DNA of 64,000 nt from Octopus vulgaris (GCA_951406725.2 OX597831.1:13082001-13146000), one strand, 5' to 3'; counted from the stretch's first letter, positions 1 through 13,290 are shown. Notes: generated from the letters alone by a model not told the origin. Translations and numbers: made by a program.

Positions 1-679
1 AACTTTTGTTCACACACAACTGCGGCTTGATTCGGCGCAATATATTTTTGTTATCTTTTTATATGGTAGGTATGTGGTGAGAGCAATGAAAAAAAAAAAA
101 AATGAAAATTCTCGGTAATACGACACCCTGCAGTGGTATACACCGAATGGATAGCCAGTTGAAATCCAATACGTTTCACGTCGTTAATACTGCTTTTCGT
201 TGAGAAGAATCATAAATGTTACTCCGTACTCAGTTTCCATCTGCCATTATGAAGAATGTTTCGACAAAATTAAAGCAACAACAAATAAACTAATGAAATT
301 TATCGCTATTTGCACCGTCTACAACAAAGCTTAAAACAATAATTTGCATATTTGTTCTTATACATTCCAGCAAATTGAAACGAATATACGCTAGTCGCCG
401 TTGTGTGCGTCACAGAAGAACTACTACTCCGTCTGATAACAACCGTGTGTTCATTAGACACTGGAATCGTTGGCGCAAACAATTCTAGAACACCGGTGTT
501 CTTATATGTGCTTCGTCATCAAGTGGACCTTTGTGATAAACAAGATACTGGGTTTGTTTATAATTTCAGCGAACAAGTAGTTTGGGGATCAGTGTTTATA
601 CCTGCCAACCAAAAAAAAATTCTTTATTTTTTTCTGTACAGTGGGATCTGAAATTAACGAATAATATCGTATTTTACAC

Positions 680-1062
680 TTTTACTTGTTTCAGTCATTT
701 GACTGTGGCCATGCTGGAGCACCGCCTTTAGTCGAGCAGATCGACCCCTGGACTTATTCTTTGTAAGCCTAGTACTTATTCTATCGGTCTCTTTTGCCGA
801 ACCGCTAAGTTACGGGGTCGTAAACACACCAGCATCGGTTGTCAAGCGATGTTAAGGGGGGCAGACACAGACACACAAACACACACACACACAAATATAT
901 ATATATATATATATATACGACGGGCTTCTTTCAGTTTCCGTCTGCCAAATCCACTCACAAGGCTTTGGTCGGCCCGAGGCTATAGTAAAAGACACTTGCC
1001 CAAGATGCCCAGCAGTGGGACTGAACCATGCGGTTGGTAGGCAAGCTACTTACCACACAACC
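680..1062 (-). mobile_element. tRNA-derived SINE, family A (internal (TA)n/(TG)n tract), near full length
   Basis: Reverse complement reads TGTGGTAAGTAGCTTG...GGTTCAGTCCCACTG (A/B-box-like head), ...GGAAACTGAAAGAAGCCCGTCG-(TA)n(TG)n-...GACTGAAACAAGTAAAA. The same sequence recurs many times in the window. Confidence 0.85.
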
Positions 1063-2479
1063 AAAGAAAGATAAAGCTACAATCGAAATGCCGAGATTGA
1101 TCTATAATTGTACTTATTTCATGCCATTTTTGTCTTTTAATAACCTCGTCAAAGATGTGATGGTTACAGTTTTCACGTAATGCACACACAAACTTACGTT
1201 CACTCACGCACACACACACACACACATGCCGGAATATATCGGAGAAGGGTGTAAATATCGGTGGAAACCCACGAAGGTAGTGACACTCTTTTGTCAGACT
1301 TGTAGTCAGAAATGCAGTCTATAAGTAACTGGCCATCCTGAAATCTGAAAGAACAAAGACGAAAACTCTTCTCCAGAGATTACAATATAAAGAAAATAAA
1401 TTTAAAGAAAACACATACAACGCTAACCGCAAGCGGGTCATTTATGTAGAAAGAGCTGCCAGTAACATTAGCATAAATTACAGCAATTCTAATCTATTGA
1501 ATATAATATTTTACTGCCGTTCATCAAGTAACATTGCTTTCTTTTACTTCTGCAAGGAAAGTAAGTATTCGCTAGAATCTGCTACATATCCGATTCTTTT
1601 CACTCCCAACATAATTTGTATTAAGTACTTCAACTTGATTAACTATCAGAAGGCTATCTTTTTCCCTCTTCAAATCTCTTCTGCATATCCATTTCCAGTT
1701 CACATTTGTCTTTAGCTTATTTGCTTCTGTTCATGAAATGGCATATTGCCAGATCCTCTCTTTTCTAAACGTTCTTTGATTTTCTGCCTTCTTCTAAATG
1801 TTCGTCTTGTAGCTATCCGTGTTGGCAGTCAGGCAGCGCTTAGAAATATAAAGAAAAAAAATGAAAGAAAGAAAGAAGTCCATTATTTCTAAATCTAAGT
1901 CTCTCTCCTCCTTTCTTTTATGCATCGCTGTGTTCATTCATGCCTCTTTGTCTAATTATACGAGATTACCAGAAAAATTTATTTTTGTCACGCTTGAATA
2001 GCGGTAGATCGGGAAAATCATTAGAGCGTCGGACAAAATGCCTCAGTTTCACTGGCAAAAAAAAATAAGATCAATACATCGGACAGAATGCATTGTAGCA
2101 TTTCATCCCACATTTTACACCCTAGTTCATAACATGTGGGGGTCGACCTGCTTTTCAGTTTATCGGGTTGATAGAATAAAGTACCGTTGAAGTACAAGGA
2201 TGAATGTTATCGGCTAATCCATTCCCTTAAATCTTCCTATTTTACAAACAGACTCAACTATTGACGCAACCACAAATGTTGAGTTTAAATCGAAGAACAA
2301 ATAGTTAAGTTGACCTTGTCGGGGCTGAACTTGGTACCTAAAATTACGCAGTTGAATAATGCAAAGTGCATTCTTCGCCGCTCAACCCATTTTGATAATA
2401 CTCCGCCCCAAAATATACAGCAAAAATCAAGCACTGCACACTCTAGTGCTGGCTTCAGATTTTGGATCAAAGTTAGTAA

Positions 2480-2685
2480 TTTGTGAGGAGCGGGTAATTC
2501 GATTACATCGATCCCATTGCCTACCTTATCGACCCCAAAAGGATGAAAGGCAAAGACGAACGTGGCAGAATGTAGAGAGGAACAAAATATCGCTAAGCAT
2601 TTTGCCCGACCAACCAAAGACTCTGTCAACTCACCGCCTTGCCGCTTACTCTAATATCGATTTCAAATTTTGGCACAATGCCAGC

Positions 2686-2742
<57 letters not shown>

Positions 2743-3165
2743 AGCTGAGGAGATAAGTCGATTACATTGACCCCAGTGTTCAACTGGTACCTATTTTATC
2801 GACTCCGAAAGGATGAAAGACAAAGACGACCTCGGCGGAATTCGAAATGAGAACGTAAAGAGAGAGGAAATGCTTGCCAGCATTTCGTCCAGTGTGCTAA
2901 CGATTCCGCCAGCTCGCAGCCTCGCCGCTCAATCTAATATTAATTTCCATGGTTATCACAAGAGAACAACATTTTGGTGAGGAAGATACAGCCGATTCAA
3001 TCCCCCCCACCCCCTGTTATTCGACTGACATTTATCTCATCAATTTAAGAGAATTAAAAGGCAATGTCGACCTCAGTGTCATTGGAAATTAAAACATAAA
3101 AATATATCACTAAATACTACAAAGCTATTAAAATTAGGCGTTCTACCGATTCTGCCAAACCATTG
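2480..3165 (-). mobile_element. Three head-to-tail copies of tRNA-derived SINE family B (Meta-domain-like core)
   Basis: Copies at about 2480-2645, 2660-2925 and 2945-3165 share (minus strand) GGC..GAG.TG.C.GAATCGTTAG...GAGGTCG.CTTTG.CTTTCATCCTTTCGG.GTCGATAAAATAGGTACC. The third copy is degenerate. Confidence 0.75.
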
Positions 3166-3491
3166 CATTTCCACTTCACAAACGGAAACTCAAGTCGACA
3201 AACACCGAAACTGATATTCCAAATATTTAATATCTCAGTCTTTGAATTTCCTAAAGAAAGTGTGAAACGGTACGGAGATGAGTGTAGCTTAACACCTGAT
3301 AAGCAAGATCCCTCTGTCAGACATATTTCCTATTTAACTTATATGAAGCGAAGGCGCTGACAGCTACTGAAATATTATCGTTTAGCATTTTAATAAGCGA
3401 GTAGCTTGTTAAAAGTTGAAAGTTAGCAACGTGTGGGCAGCGTTTTTAATTGTTGCAAATATATTTATTTATAGTGTCTCATTATAGCCTC

Positions 3492-3494
3492 ATT

Positions 3495-3544
<50 letters not shown>

Positions 3545-3657
3545 TACTGTTACTATAATAATAATAATAATAATTATTATTATTATTATGATCATCTTCA
3601 TCATCATGTTAAACTCTTAATGCAAATGTTCACCCTCTCAATTTTCTCAGCATACAC

Positions 3658-3731
<74 letters not shown>

Positions 3732-3853
3732 CACACACACACGTCACTTTAGCGCCCGTTAGTATAGTAATATTTTTTACAATTATATTTCAAATATAAA
3801 TTAAACAATATGGTATTATTAGTACGCTGGCCATTGATGAATCATTAATTAAT

Positions 3854-3916
<63 letters not shown>

Positions 3917-3935
3917 TATACATATATATATATAT
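3492..3935. repeat. Microsatellite cluster (CAT)n, (TAA)n, (CA)n, (TA)n
   Basis: Directly visible perfect runs. Confidence 0.95.
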
Positions 3936-4403
3936 CTTCGTGTGTGTGTTTGTGTGGAAGCTGTATTTATATGTATAGGGATATATATGTATATATATAT
4001 GTGTGTGTTTCTGTCTGTCTCTCTCTATATGTATACATATACGAGTGAGTGAACGAACGAAAGGAATAGACACTCGAAAGGAATATCGATGGAGTTCTAT
4101 TTATTGAGTAAAGAGTTGACTTAGTTCCCCATGTTACTTAAAGTTTCGAAGAGAAGCAAAGAAAAAAGAAAGAAGGTGAAAGGACCAGATTCTCGGGCAA
4201 AGTCTCCATATGTTCGAGGAATAGGTAGTGCTTGTTCATGTCCACAAGACTTTAAGTAAAATGAGGGGCTAAGTCAACTTGTTATTCAATATGTACGTAT
4301 GTATGTATATATGTATGGGTACGTATGTATATGTATATATGTATATGTATATATATATGTATGTATATGTATATATGTATATATGTATATGTATATATAT
4401 ATG

Positions 4404-4440
<37 letters not shown>

Positions 4441-4529
4441 GTATATGTATGTGTGTTTATGTGTGTGTGTAGAAGGTAGAAAAGTAACAGATGAGTTTAA
4501 ATGTATAAAGAAAATATGACAAGTACATT

Positions 4530-4566
4530 TTAGTACCGGTTTCCGCCTTTTAGACTTTTCAACTAA
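4530..4566 (-). ncRNA. Hammerhead-like motif, U3-A8 core variant
   Basis: Minus strand: UUAG UUGAAAA GUCU-AAA-AGGC G GAAA CCGG UA CUAA. Stem I UUAG/CUAA, palindromic ACCGGU stem III, GUA triplet, one extra G before GAAA. Confidence 0.5.
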
Positions 4567-4676
4567 GAGTATTTTAATCTGGGAACTATGCACCATCATC
4601 TGGCGTAGACTGTTTTTAGTTTGACTAATATATTGTTCTTGATACATATCAGATTTTCCGAAGGTTTCCGAAGCAC

Positions 4677-5152
4677 ATACCCAAAAGAAACCGGAATTTT
4701 GCAATATCATTTTATTCACTAAGTTTTACATGTTCACATTTCCATCCCTTTCACGGTATTCTCCATTTGAAGCAATGCATCGGTTCAGACGAATTTTCCA
4801 CTGTTGGAAACTGCTGGAACTCTTGCGAAGTGATGCCTTTTAACGCCTATGCAAATCGGTAGCATCAGCTTTCCTCACCAGTGATAACCTTGCTAAAAAG
4901 GTCCGGATAAACTTCCAACTGTTCTTTCAGTTCACAACATGCATTCATCCGTGATTGCTTTTGATCTTCCTTGAGCACGTGAGGCATAAATTTTGCTGCA
5001 AGTCTTTTCATTCGCAGTTCCTCGCTCATTTGTTGCTGGAGCTTCAAGATACACCAGTCATAACAAGTCCGTCGTTTGTTCAGTGACGGTCCTCCACGAT
5101 CAGTTTTATAAATTTTCGTGTTTTATTCGTTCGGTAGGTTGACAGTCGCCCT
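4677..5152 (-). mobile_element. Internally deleted mariner transposase remnant
   Basis: ORF 4865-5047 AAKFMPHVLKEDQKQSRMNAC...KVITGEES matches mariner ARWVPHxL...QK..R...IVTGDE. It is followed almost directly by the frameshifted C-terminal ...QQWKIRLNRCIASNGEY, so most of the catalytic domain is missing. Confidence 0.85.
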
Positions 5153-5158
5153 CAACAT

Positions 5159-5412
5159 GGGGAGAAAGTGTGAGAGAGAGTGTGTGTGTGTGTGTTTGTG
5201 CGTGTGTGTATGTGTGCCTGTGTATCTAAAAGGAGTGTCAATGGAAAAGAGAAAGAAAGAAAGAAGGAAGAGAGAAAGAAGAAATACATTTTTTCTTCTT
5301 CCCCTCTTCCTTCTTTCTTTCCTTCACTTGTCCATTGACACTCCTTTCAGATACACAGGCACACACACACACACACACACAAACACACACACTCTCTCTC
5401 ACCTTTTCCCCA
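5159..5412. repeat. Fold-back inverted repeat, ~125-bp arms
   Basis: GCCTGTGTATCTAAAAGGAGTGTCAATGGA (~5217) pairs with TCCATTGACACTCCTTTCAGATACACAGGC (~5331). The flanking (TG)n/(CA)n and purine/pyrimidine tracts also mirror each other. Confidence 0.9.
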
Positions 5413-5502
5413 TTCCTCACCCTCGTTTACTATACAATATCTCTCTCCACCCCTACACACTCAACAATACTATAACAAGAGACCAATCCCCTCAAAAAAT
5501 TC

Positions 5503-5542
5503 AAGTCTGAAGAATCTACTAGAGTAGATGCAAGCGCTATTT
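5503..5542 (+). ncRNA. Degenerate hammerhead motif
   Basis: AAGU CUGAAGA AUCUAC-UAGA-GUAGAU GCAA GCGC UA UUU. Perfect 6-bp stem II and palindromic AGCGCU, but GAAA is changed to GCAA and stem I is weak. AATAAA lies downstream. Confidence 0.5.
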
Positions 5543-5623
5543 ATGATTTATAAAAACATGTGACATATTAATAAAAATCTGTAAATGTACAATCATCCAG
5601 ATTTCTGAGTATCTAATTTTTTC

Positions 5624-5682
<59 letters not shown>

Positions 5683-5684
5683 TT

Positions 5685-5830
5685 GGCTGTGTGGTAAGTA
5701 GCTTGCTTACCAACAACATGGTTCCGGATTAAGTCCCACTACGTGGTACCTTTGGCAAGTGTCTTCTACACGGGCCGACCAAAGTCTTGTGAGTGGATTT
5801 GGTAGATGGAAAATGGAAGAAGCCCGTCTT
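5685..5830 (+). mobile_element. SINE family A, 5' half
   Basis: GGCTGTGTGGTAAGTAGCTTGC...GAAGCCCGTC followed by (TA)n(TG)n. Confidence 0.8.
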
Positions 5831-5835
5831 ATATA

Positions 5836-5919
<84 letters not shown>

Positions 5920-6880
5920 TGTGTGTGCGTGTGTGTGAGTGTGTGTGTGTGTGTATGTAGGGATGTACATATATAAGTGTATATGCATGCTTGAACATAT
6001 GTACGTACGCACGTATGAATATATGAAAAAATCTTCCATCTTTGTTGTGATTATAAGAAATACTTGAATTAGATAGACAGAAGTAAATGGAGATTTGTTT
6101 TAAGTCGTGAGGATGTCGCACGGAAGCTGATTGTGGGGAAAATTTTGGATGAGAAATATTTTGAGATATTTCTATTCGTTCTCTTTCAGGAAATCTACAT
6201 TTTCAGAGCCAAAGCCCGGCTGTGCGTAGACACTTGGAAGTTAAAAACATTCGGTTTAAAGTACACCATATCTTATTACGCGTAACCTATAAGTAATTCT
6301 GTAATGATGTCTTCTCTCTAAATCCCATGAGACCATGACGTTGAGTTTCGTAGGAATCTGATAGTCCTTTATATGAATAGCTTCTTAGCCAATAATAGAT
6401 TGTTTGTGTCTAACCTTTAAACTAATAATACACTGTAAGTTTAAAACGTTTTAATAAAGGAAACCCCTGTAACTCTGTTCACCAAAAAATACATTGTTTC
6501 TATCAATTAAAGAAATATTATCCTTTAAGTTAAAGATTTATGAAGCTATCACTCTTTCATGATCGTTGGCTTCACACTGGAGAAACAGTGAGACTGTCGT
6601 AGGACATAAAATGTGATATACAACTGTCTGCCGGTTCTCTATGGGTATGTTGAGGGCCTGTCGTTTAACTTTCCTTCTGGCTAATTCTGTTATTTTATAC
6701 AAAGTAAACACTGTGGATATGTATTCTTACCTAAGAAAATACTAAAAACTCCAACGGAGAGTTTCATAAGAGAGTCTAGTCATGTGTTTATAAGATTATA
6801 AAATAGAAGTAGATTTTCTGGGAAATATTTTGAAAAAAGTGCCCTCGGTAAGAGTGTATATATGTGCATATATATATACA

Positions 6881-6912
<32 letters not shown>

Positions 6913-6914
6913 CA

Positions 6915-6945
<31 letters not shown>

Positions 6946-6975
6946 GTGATATATATATATATATATATATATACA

Positions 6976-7043
<68 letters not shown>

Positions 7044-7045
7044 CA

Positions 7046-7093
<48 letters not shown>

Positions 7094-7159
7094 TGTACAC
7101 ACGTACACGTACGTGTGTGTATGCATGTGTATGTATGTATGTGAATATACGAGTACTTA

Positions 7160-9930
7160 TTCTGCTGCCAATTGGCGTAGACGCTGGCCAGCAGGTGCCC
7201 GAACAAGTCTGGTATACTTTTGTAAAATTCATAAGGCAGACCAACGAGACCCGGCGACTTCTCCCCATGGCATTCGCCCAGTACCTCGATCACTTCCTCG
7301 GCTGTGATTGGCCCTTCACAGCTCTCCGCCTCTTGTGCCGAGAGACGCGCGCCACCAGAAAGGAAGTCCCTAAGGTCCTCACCATGATCCAGCGCTCTAC
7401 CTCTTCCAAACAACTCGGCGAAGTGCTTGTGAAGCACCTCACACATCTCGTCCTGTCCGTCGACCGAACACCCATTGTCATCAACGAGAGACCTAATTGT
7501 GGCATTATTGCCACGCTGGGTTTCTACCGTACAGGCCCATCCGGCAATATTAATTCCCCCACGGCCCAATGCGCGCACTTTAGCCCGAATTCTGCACCCC
7601 TCATATTTGGCTTTGAGGTGACGGTCCAAGGCCGTTCTCGCTGCCAAAATGGGAGATGCAGAACCCAATCTCAATGCCTCCACTAGGTCCTTAACTAGCT
7701 GCCCTTCTATTCTGGCCTTTTCTTGTCTTAGCTGATGGCTCTCTTGAGGGCGAACCACCATCGGTTATTAACAACCACGCCGGTTAACGCCCTCTGTACT
7801 AATTTCTTAATCCGTCTTCAGTATGCCTCGCAATTCAAAATAGACTTGTTTAGCTTCCAGTAGCCGGATCCTCTCTTAACTGTACTATCTAAGTCCAGTC
7901 TACACTTAACCATTCTACGGTCAATGTAAGCTACTTGGACAAGCTGTGAACAGCTAAAACTAGGCTTATCTCTAGTTCGAATCACTATCCTATCTAAGTA
8001 AGACTTAAACCTTCTGTCGTCGATAATCCAGGTCCACTCTGGGATGCTCAGATGGTTAAGTCTGTAGCGATGCGCTAGCTGAAAACGCTTGAGCAGATCT
8101 AGGAGACGTGAGTTCACTTTCCTATAGATCGAACCTACACTATCTATGCGTGCGTCAACAATAGCCTCCTAACACCACTAATGTCTTCGACGTCACGAGA
8201 AAGTTCTCTAGGCGCCGATAAAAATCAGTTTGAAGTCCTCAAGCACAAGGTGCATAGATTCCGATCAACCTGAAGGCCTTACTTCTGTATGTCACATCAA
8301 GGACGACCAGCCCACCTTTAGGGGTCTACATAGACTGTACTTGTCCGTAGAGCCAAGTCTTTCTGGACCAGTACTACTACATCCCCTCTCCCTCTGGTCT
8401 GGCAAGGAGACATGGTTTTCTCATAGTCATTCAGGAGGGGCGAGATGGCTTGAGACTGTCAAGCTTGGTCTCTGTAGCAGCCATCACATGCATATCATGT
8501 GATCTGAGGTCGTCGAGGAAACAAGCTTGCTTCCACTTCGAGCTCAGACAACGCACATTCAAACACCCAAGATTAAGTGTAGCCAAAACAAGGAAAAAAT
8601 ACAAGGGTTCTACTTACCCTTCACAGGTGATGTTGGGGCTGACCTCACTACACATGAAGCAGCCCTTTCCTCCTTCAAATATCCTGGAAGGTCCGAGATA
8701 CTCCTGATGGTCTTTGGATGCCTGTCCTTCAGTTGCCCGTAAAACCCTTCCCCTATCCAGGCACATCTTTCTCTTAAGTCCTTGTGCTCTTCAAACAGCC
8801 TGGTGCTGTGGTGATCTTTTACAATGTCCACAATGTATTTGTCTCTGGTGTCATATTTTACCAGGTTTTTCTGTTCGTTATCTTTCGTTTTTTTTCCTTT
8901 TTTTTCCTTGTGAGACAATGGGACAGGTTCGTTTCTTTTTTTTTTGTGGTGTGGTGCATCCTTTTTCGTTTTCTTTTGTGAGAGGTATGGATCGAGAAGG
9001 TGTGTGTGTTCGTTTCCGAACTGCTGTGAACTCCCCCTCAACTACTTCCATTGTGTCGTCCGGGGAGTTACATGTTCTGGTGTCACTTTAGAGGAGTGGG
9101 TGTTTTTGACGTTGTCGGGACTCGTGTATGCATGGTCTGGGGTTTTTAGGTGTCGTGTTTGGGGGCGGGCACCACAGGTGGGGGAGTGAGAATTTTTGTT
9201 TCTTTGGGAGCTAATGCATGTGCGGGTTTGGGGTCTTTTTTTGTAATTGAGGAGCCTGCTGTCTGCGCCAATTTTCATTTCCATTGTTCACAGTCTATAC
9301 GGATGTGGCCTGTTTTGCCACATTCGTAACACGTTGACATTTTGCCCTTTCCTTTGGTAGTTCGACGTTTTCAGTAGCCACCGCAGTAACTGCTGAAAAT
9401 TTCTTAACTGACTCTTCCAGTGAATTTTTCTCTGAAATTATTTCGACCGACATATTCGTTCGAAATATATTTATACACAATTTAATCCCAGAAAACGGGA
9501 AACCTATAACTTTTAACGTTTTTTTTCCTCTCAACGAGAACAACAGTTCAAATCCCACCCCCGCTGGGGGGGCGAGACGTAACAACAAAGCCTACAACGT
9601 TCGAAATTAAAATTTTCACACAATAATAAAAATACGGTATTCCCAAAAAACAGGAAACCTATAATATGTTTTTTTTCCTCACAACGAGGACAACAGTTCA
9701 AATCTCACCCCCGCTAGGGGCGGGGTGCCACAATAAAGCCTACAACGGCTAAAATAAAATTTTTCACACAATAATAAATTGCTTATCCCAAAAAACAGGA
9801 AACCTATAATATTTTTTTCCTCTTAATGAAGATAACAGTTCAAATCCCACCCACGCTGGGGTGGGGGCATGACAATAAAGCCTATAACGGCTTTAACAAG
9901 TTCAATATTTCAACAATTCACAACTGCAAA
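7160..9930 (-). mobile_element. Decayed L1/Tx1-clade LINE: 5' repeats, ORF1, APE endonuclease and start of RT; 3' part missing
   Basis: Minus-strand peptides: LGCLNVRCL...HVMAATETKL (~8590-8455), FRLIGIYAP (~8270), SYLDRI...GSGYWKLNKSIL (7818-8117), GPITAEEV...[14 protein letters not shown]...ANWQQN (7160-7761). Lys-rich ORF1 pieces at 8610-9453. Multiple frameshifts and stops. Confidence 0.9.
9487..9930. repeat. Three tandem ~145-155-bp monomers upstream of LINE ORF1
   Basis: GGAAACCTATAA recurs at 9498, 9653 and 9798, each followed by CAGTTCAAATC.CACCC.CGCT.GGG...AAAGCCTA.AACG. Confidence 0.9.
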
Positions 9931-10145
9931 AATGGCTTTACACAAACAAATACTTTCTCCCGTCACCGGGAAAAAACACAAAATTTTCAAAGTTTCACAG
10001 TTCGAAAATGTTCAACAATAAACAGTCAACAATCCCAACAGAAAAATTATCCAACGTTCAACAAAACGTTTGACTCATCGCCAAAAGAAACACATCTAAC
10101 CACGAGACAGGTAAGTAAGCTACATACCACACAGTCACAGGTATA

Positions 10146-10495
10146 CTAGCTGGTGTAACCGGTAATTCCCGGGGTGTAAAGATGTTCTATTGAAACGCCT
10201 TATTACTCTGATATAAGAAAGTAATTTCGTTATAACTGCCACAAAAGGTGTATTTTCCATCACGAAAAAGCACAAACAACTGTTAACTAGAGGAGGGAGA
10301 TATTGTTGGAGGTTGTCAAGTCTCGTGACATTGCATAATTTTGGGGAATCGAAGTTTCTTAAAAGCATAACTGGATTTCCAACCTTTAGATGCAATTCAT
10401 GCGGTGTTAGACCTGAAGGTGCAAGGCTATTGAGAAATTCAACTGGGTAATGAACAGTGTCATTGGTGTGGAGTACACTCGTATAATATGCCAAG
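10146..10495 (-). mobile_element. Helitron remnant with PIF1-type helicase fragment and 3' terminus
   Basis: YPVEFLNSLAPSGLTPHELHLKVGNPVMLLRNFDSPKLCNVTRL (~10315-10450) is the Helitron helicase motif. Minus-strand end CCGG-GAATTA-CCGG hairpin then TTACACCAG-CTAG|T at 10146. Confidence 0.85.
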
Positions 10496-10535
10496 GAAAA
10501 TATATTCAGAATGACAGAAACGGAAATGCATGTTG

Positions 10536-10980
10536 GGATCTTTTCGGTTTGACCGGAAGTTTTAAAAAATAATTTCCACGTAACTAAACACTTTTAAACT
10601 TCGTATACTGGTAGAATGTGTTTATAAAACATCTTTTTCTCTTGGCTTTATTGAGAAAATTCTGTAGTTTGTAAGATATTTGTTGTTTTTTTTCTTAAAT
10701 TTCTGCAATTTAAACCAATCAATTACGTCTATTGAGGTAAAAAACATTCTGTGCCATATGAATATGTCCCTCGTTTAAGAAACAGATTGGATTTATTTAC
10801 ATTTCGGAAGAAAAAAAAGATACCCTTCCCCCCACCCCTAACCCTAACCGTAACTAACCGTAACTAACCCTAACCCTAAAGCAGATTGAAATGCAATAGA
10901 TCGATACTAGGGTCATAATTATGGGTGACAATTTCATATGACACCGCTAGAAAAAACTGCCGTTCAAACCGCAAAGATCC
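10536..10980. mobile_element. MITE (445 bp), ~28-bp TIRs, 8-bp TSD; Merlin-like
   Basis: Left GGATCTTTTCGGTTTGACCGGAAGTTTT, right AAAACTGCCGTTCAAACCGCAAAGATCC. TSD GCATGTTG at 10528-10535 and 10981-10988. The superfamily call rests only on the GG termini and 8-bp TSD. Confidence 0.9.
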
Positions 10981-11374
10981 GCATGTTGAAACGAAAATGA
11001 AATGGCACATTCTTACGTGGCTCCCCGTTCACACCACTGTCTTTACTTGTGTGCGCGTTTGTTTGTTTATTTGTATGTGTGTGGGTATTTCTGTGTGTGT
11101 GTGTGTATGAGTGCGTGTGTGTGTGCATTGGTACGTATGTGTGAGTTGACAAAGGACATAGAGTGGCACTCACTGCATTTGACAGCTGTAGTTTATATTT
11201 TTGACAACATATTGACTCAGCTCTCGATGACGTAAAGATTCGTGGACGTGTAGGCCGGAACCATCTCATCAGATCCCATGGAAAGACTGACGTGGCAGAG
11301 AGCTCAGTCAAACTGTTATTATATACATATTATAATATAATACACACTCACGAACTCACAGACAAACACACACA

Positions 11375-11412
<38 letters not shown>

Positions 11413-11538
11413 AACAATCACACACACAAATGTATGTATATGTAAATATATGCATATATATATATATATATGAGTATATATAAGCGTGTATATATATATA
11501 TATCAGCATATATGCATGTATATGTGATAATATCTACC

Positions 11539-11587
<49 letters not shown>

Positions 11588-11679
11588 CTGTGTGTGTATA
11601 CATATATATATATATGCACATGTGTTTGTATATATATATATGTGTATGTATATATATATTTGTATAAAAATATATGTAT

Positions 11680-11709
11680 ATATCTCTATCTACCTACCTG
11701 TCTGTCTGT

Positions 11710-11808
<99 letters not shown>

Positions 11809-11839
11809 ATCTATCAATCTCTCTCAATCTATCTGTCTG

Positions 11840-11895
<56 letters not shown>

Positions 11896-11908
11896 ATCTA
11901 TCTATCTC

Positions 11909-11973
<65 letters not shown>

Positions 11974-12030
11974 TTGTCTTTCTGTCTGTCTGTCTGTCTG
12001 TCTGTTTATCTATCTATCTGCCTATCTGCA
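11680..12030. repeat. (TATC)n/(TGTC)n tetranucleotide array within a larger microsatellite block (~11360-12800)
   Basis: Directly visible. Confidence 0.95.
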
Positions 12031-12521
12031 TATGAGATGAGATTTGTTTATGCTAAATTCACTACTAAATTATTAGTAGCAGAATGGAGGCTGTGAATGT
12101 CTGAACCAAATATGAAGGGGGGGGGGGGGTAAATCTACTTAGCGAAGGATTTAGCAACACATAAACAAAACGTACGGAATAAATTGAATAGTATTTAATG
12201 AGGGATATGCAAATAACGTAAGAGACGGAAGCCATAGAAGAAGACAGCCATAAATGGAGCGCATTTGATAAATGAGAGCAGTAAATCTTATAAAAAAAGT
12301 GTCATATGAATTATATGCATGCTATCTATGGAACATAAATGTACATAAATACTATATATATATATACACATATGTGTGTGCGTGCGTGTGTGTGTGTGTG
12401 TGTGTGTGCGTGTGTGGGTGTGGGTGTGCGTGTGTGTGTGCGTGTGTGTGTGTTTGTGTGTGTGTGCGTAGTGGGAATATATATTCAGTACCAGGTGTTG
12501 ATATGGCTGCAGCTACACTAC

Positions 12522-12560
<39 letters not shown>

Positions 12561-13164
12561 GGTATACATGTATATACATGCATTCATATATAAATATATA
12601 TATATATATATATAAATATACATATACACACATAAATATATATACATATATATACATATATACACACATATATATATACATACGTATACATATGGGTGAA
12701 GATATATACATATTTACATCCATATGTATATGCATAATACATACATACAGATATATATATATATATATATATATGTATTCATGTATATATTTAATGTGAG
12801 ATAACAGTTTCATTCTTAATAGTTTCACTCTGTATATATTATATAATATTGAAACTATTAAAAGTGAATGTATTATCTCACATTACAATAGAGATGCTAT
12901 TGTTTGACTTTCGGCACGTAATACCGAAACATTCCAAGTGATTACTTCTGTCTCGCATTAGACAAGAAGTCGAAATTGTTTTTGGCTTATGGCATTTCAT
13001 AGACCCTCAGTAGTGTATGTGTAAATTTTGAATGTAATTGGGTGTGCAGGTCTCGAGTTTTAGTGATGCACATATACAGACACACAGTCAGACAGGCAAG
13101 CACACAGACAAACATATAAACATTCTTAGTTTTGCATCTATCGATATAAACGAATATACATAAT

Positions 13165-13243
<79 letters not shown>

Positions 13244-13249
13244 CATAAT

Positions 13250-13290
<41 letters not shown>

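Noticed and set aside
6170-6780. Possible GIY-YIG remnant on the minus strand (VVYHILCP)
   Set aside because: Too short and decayed to support without a profile search.
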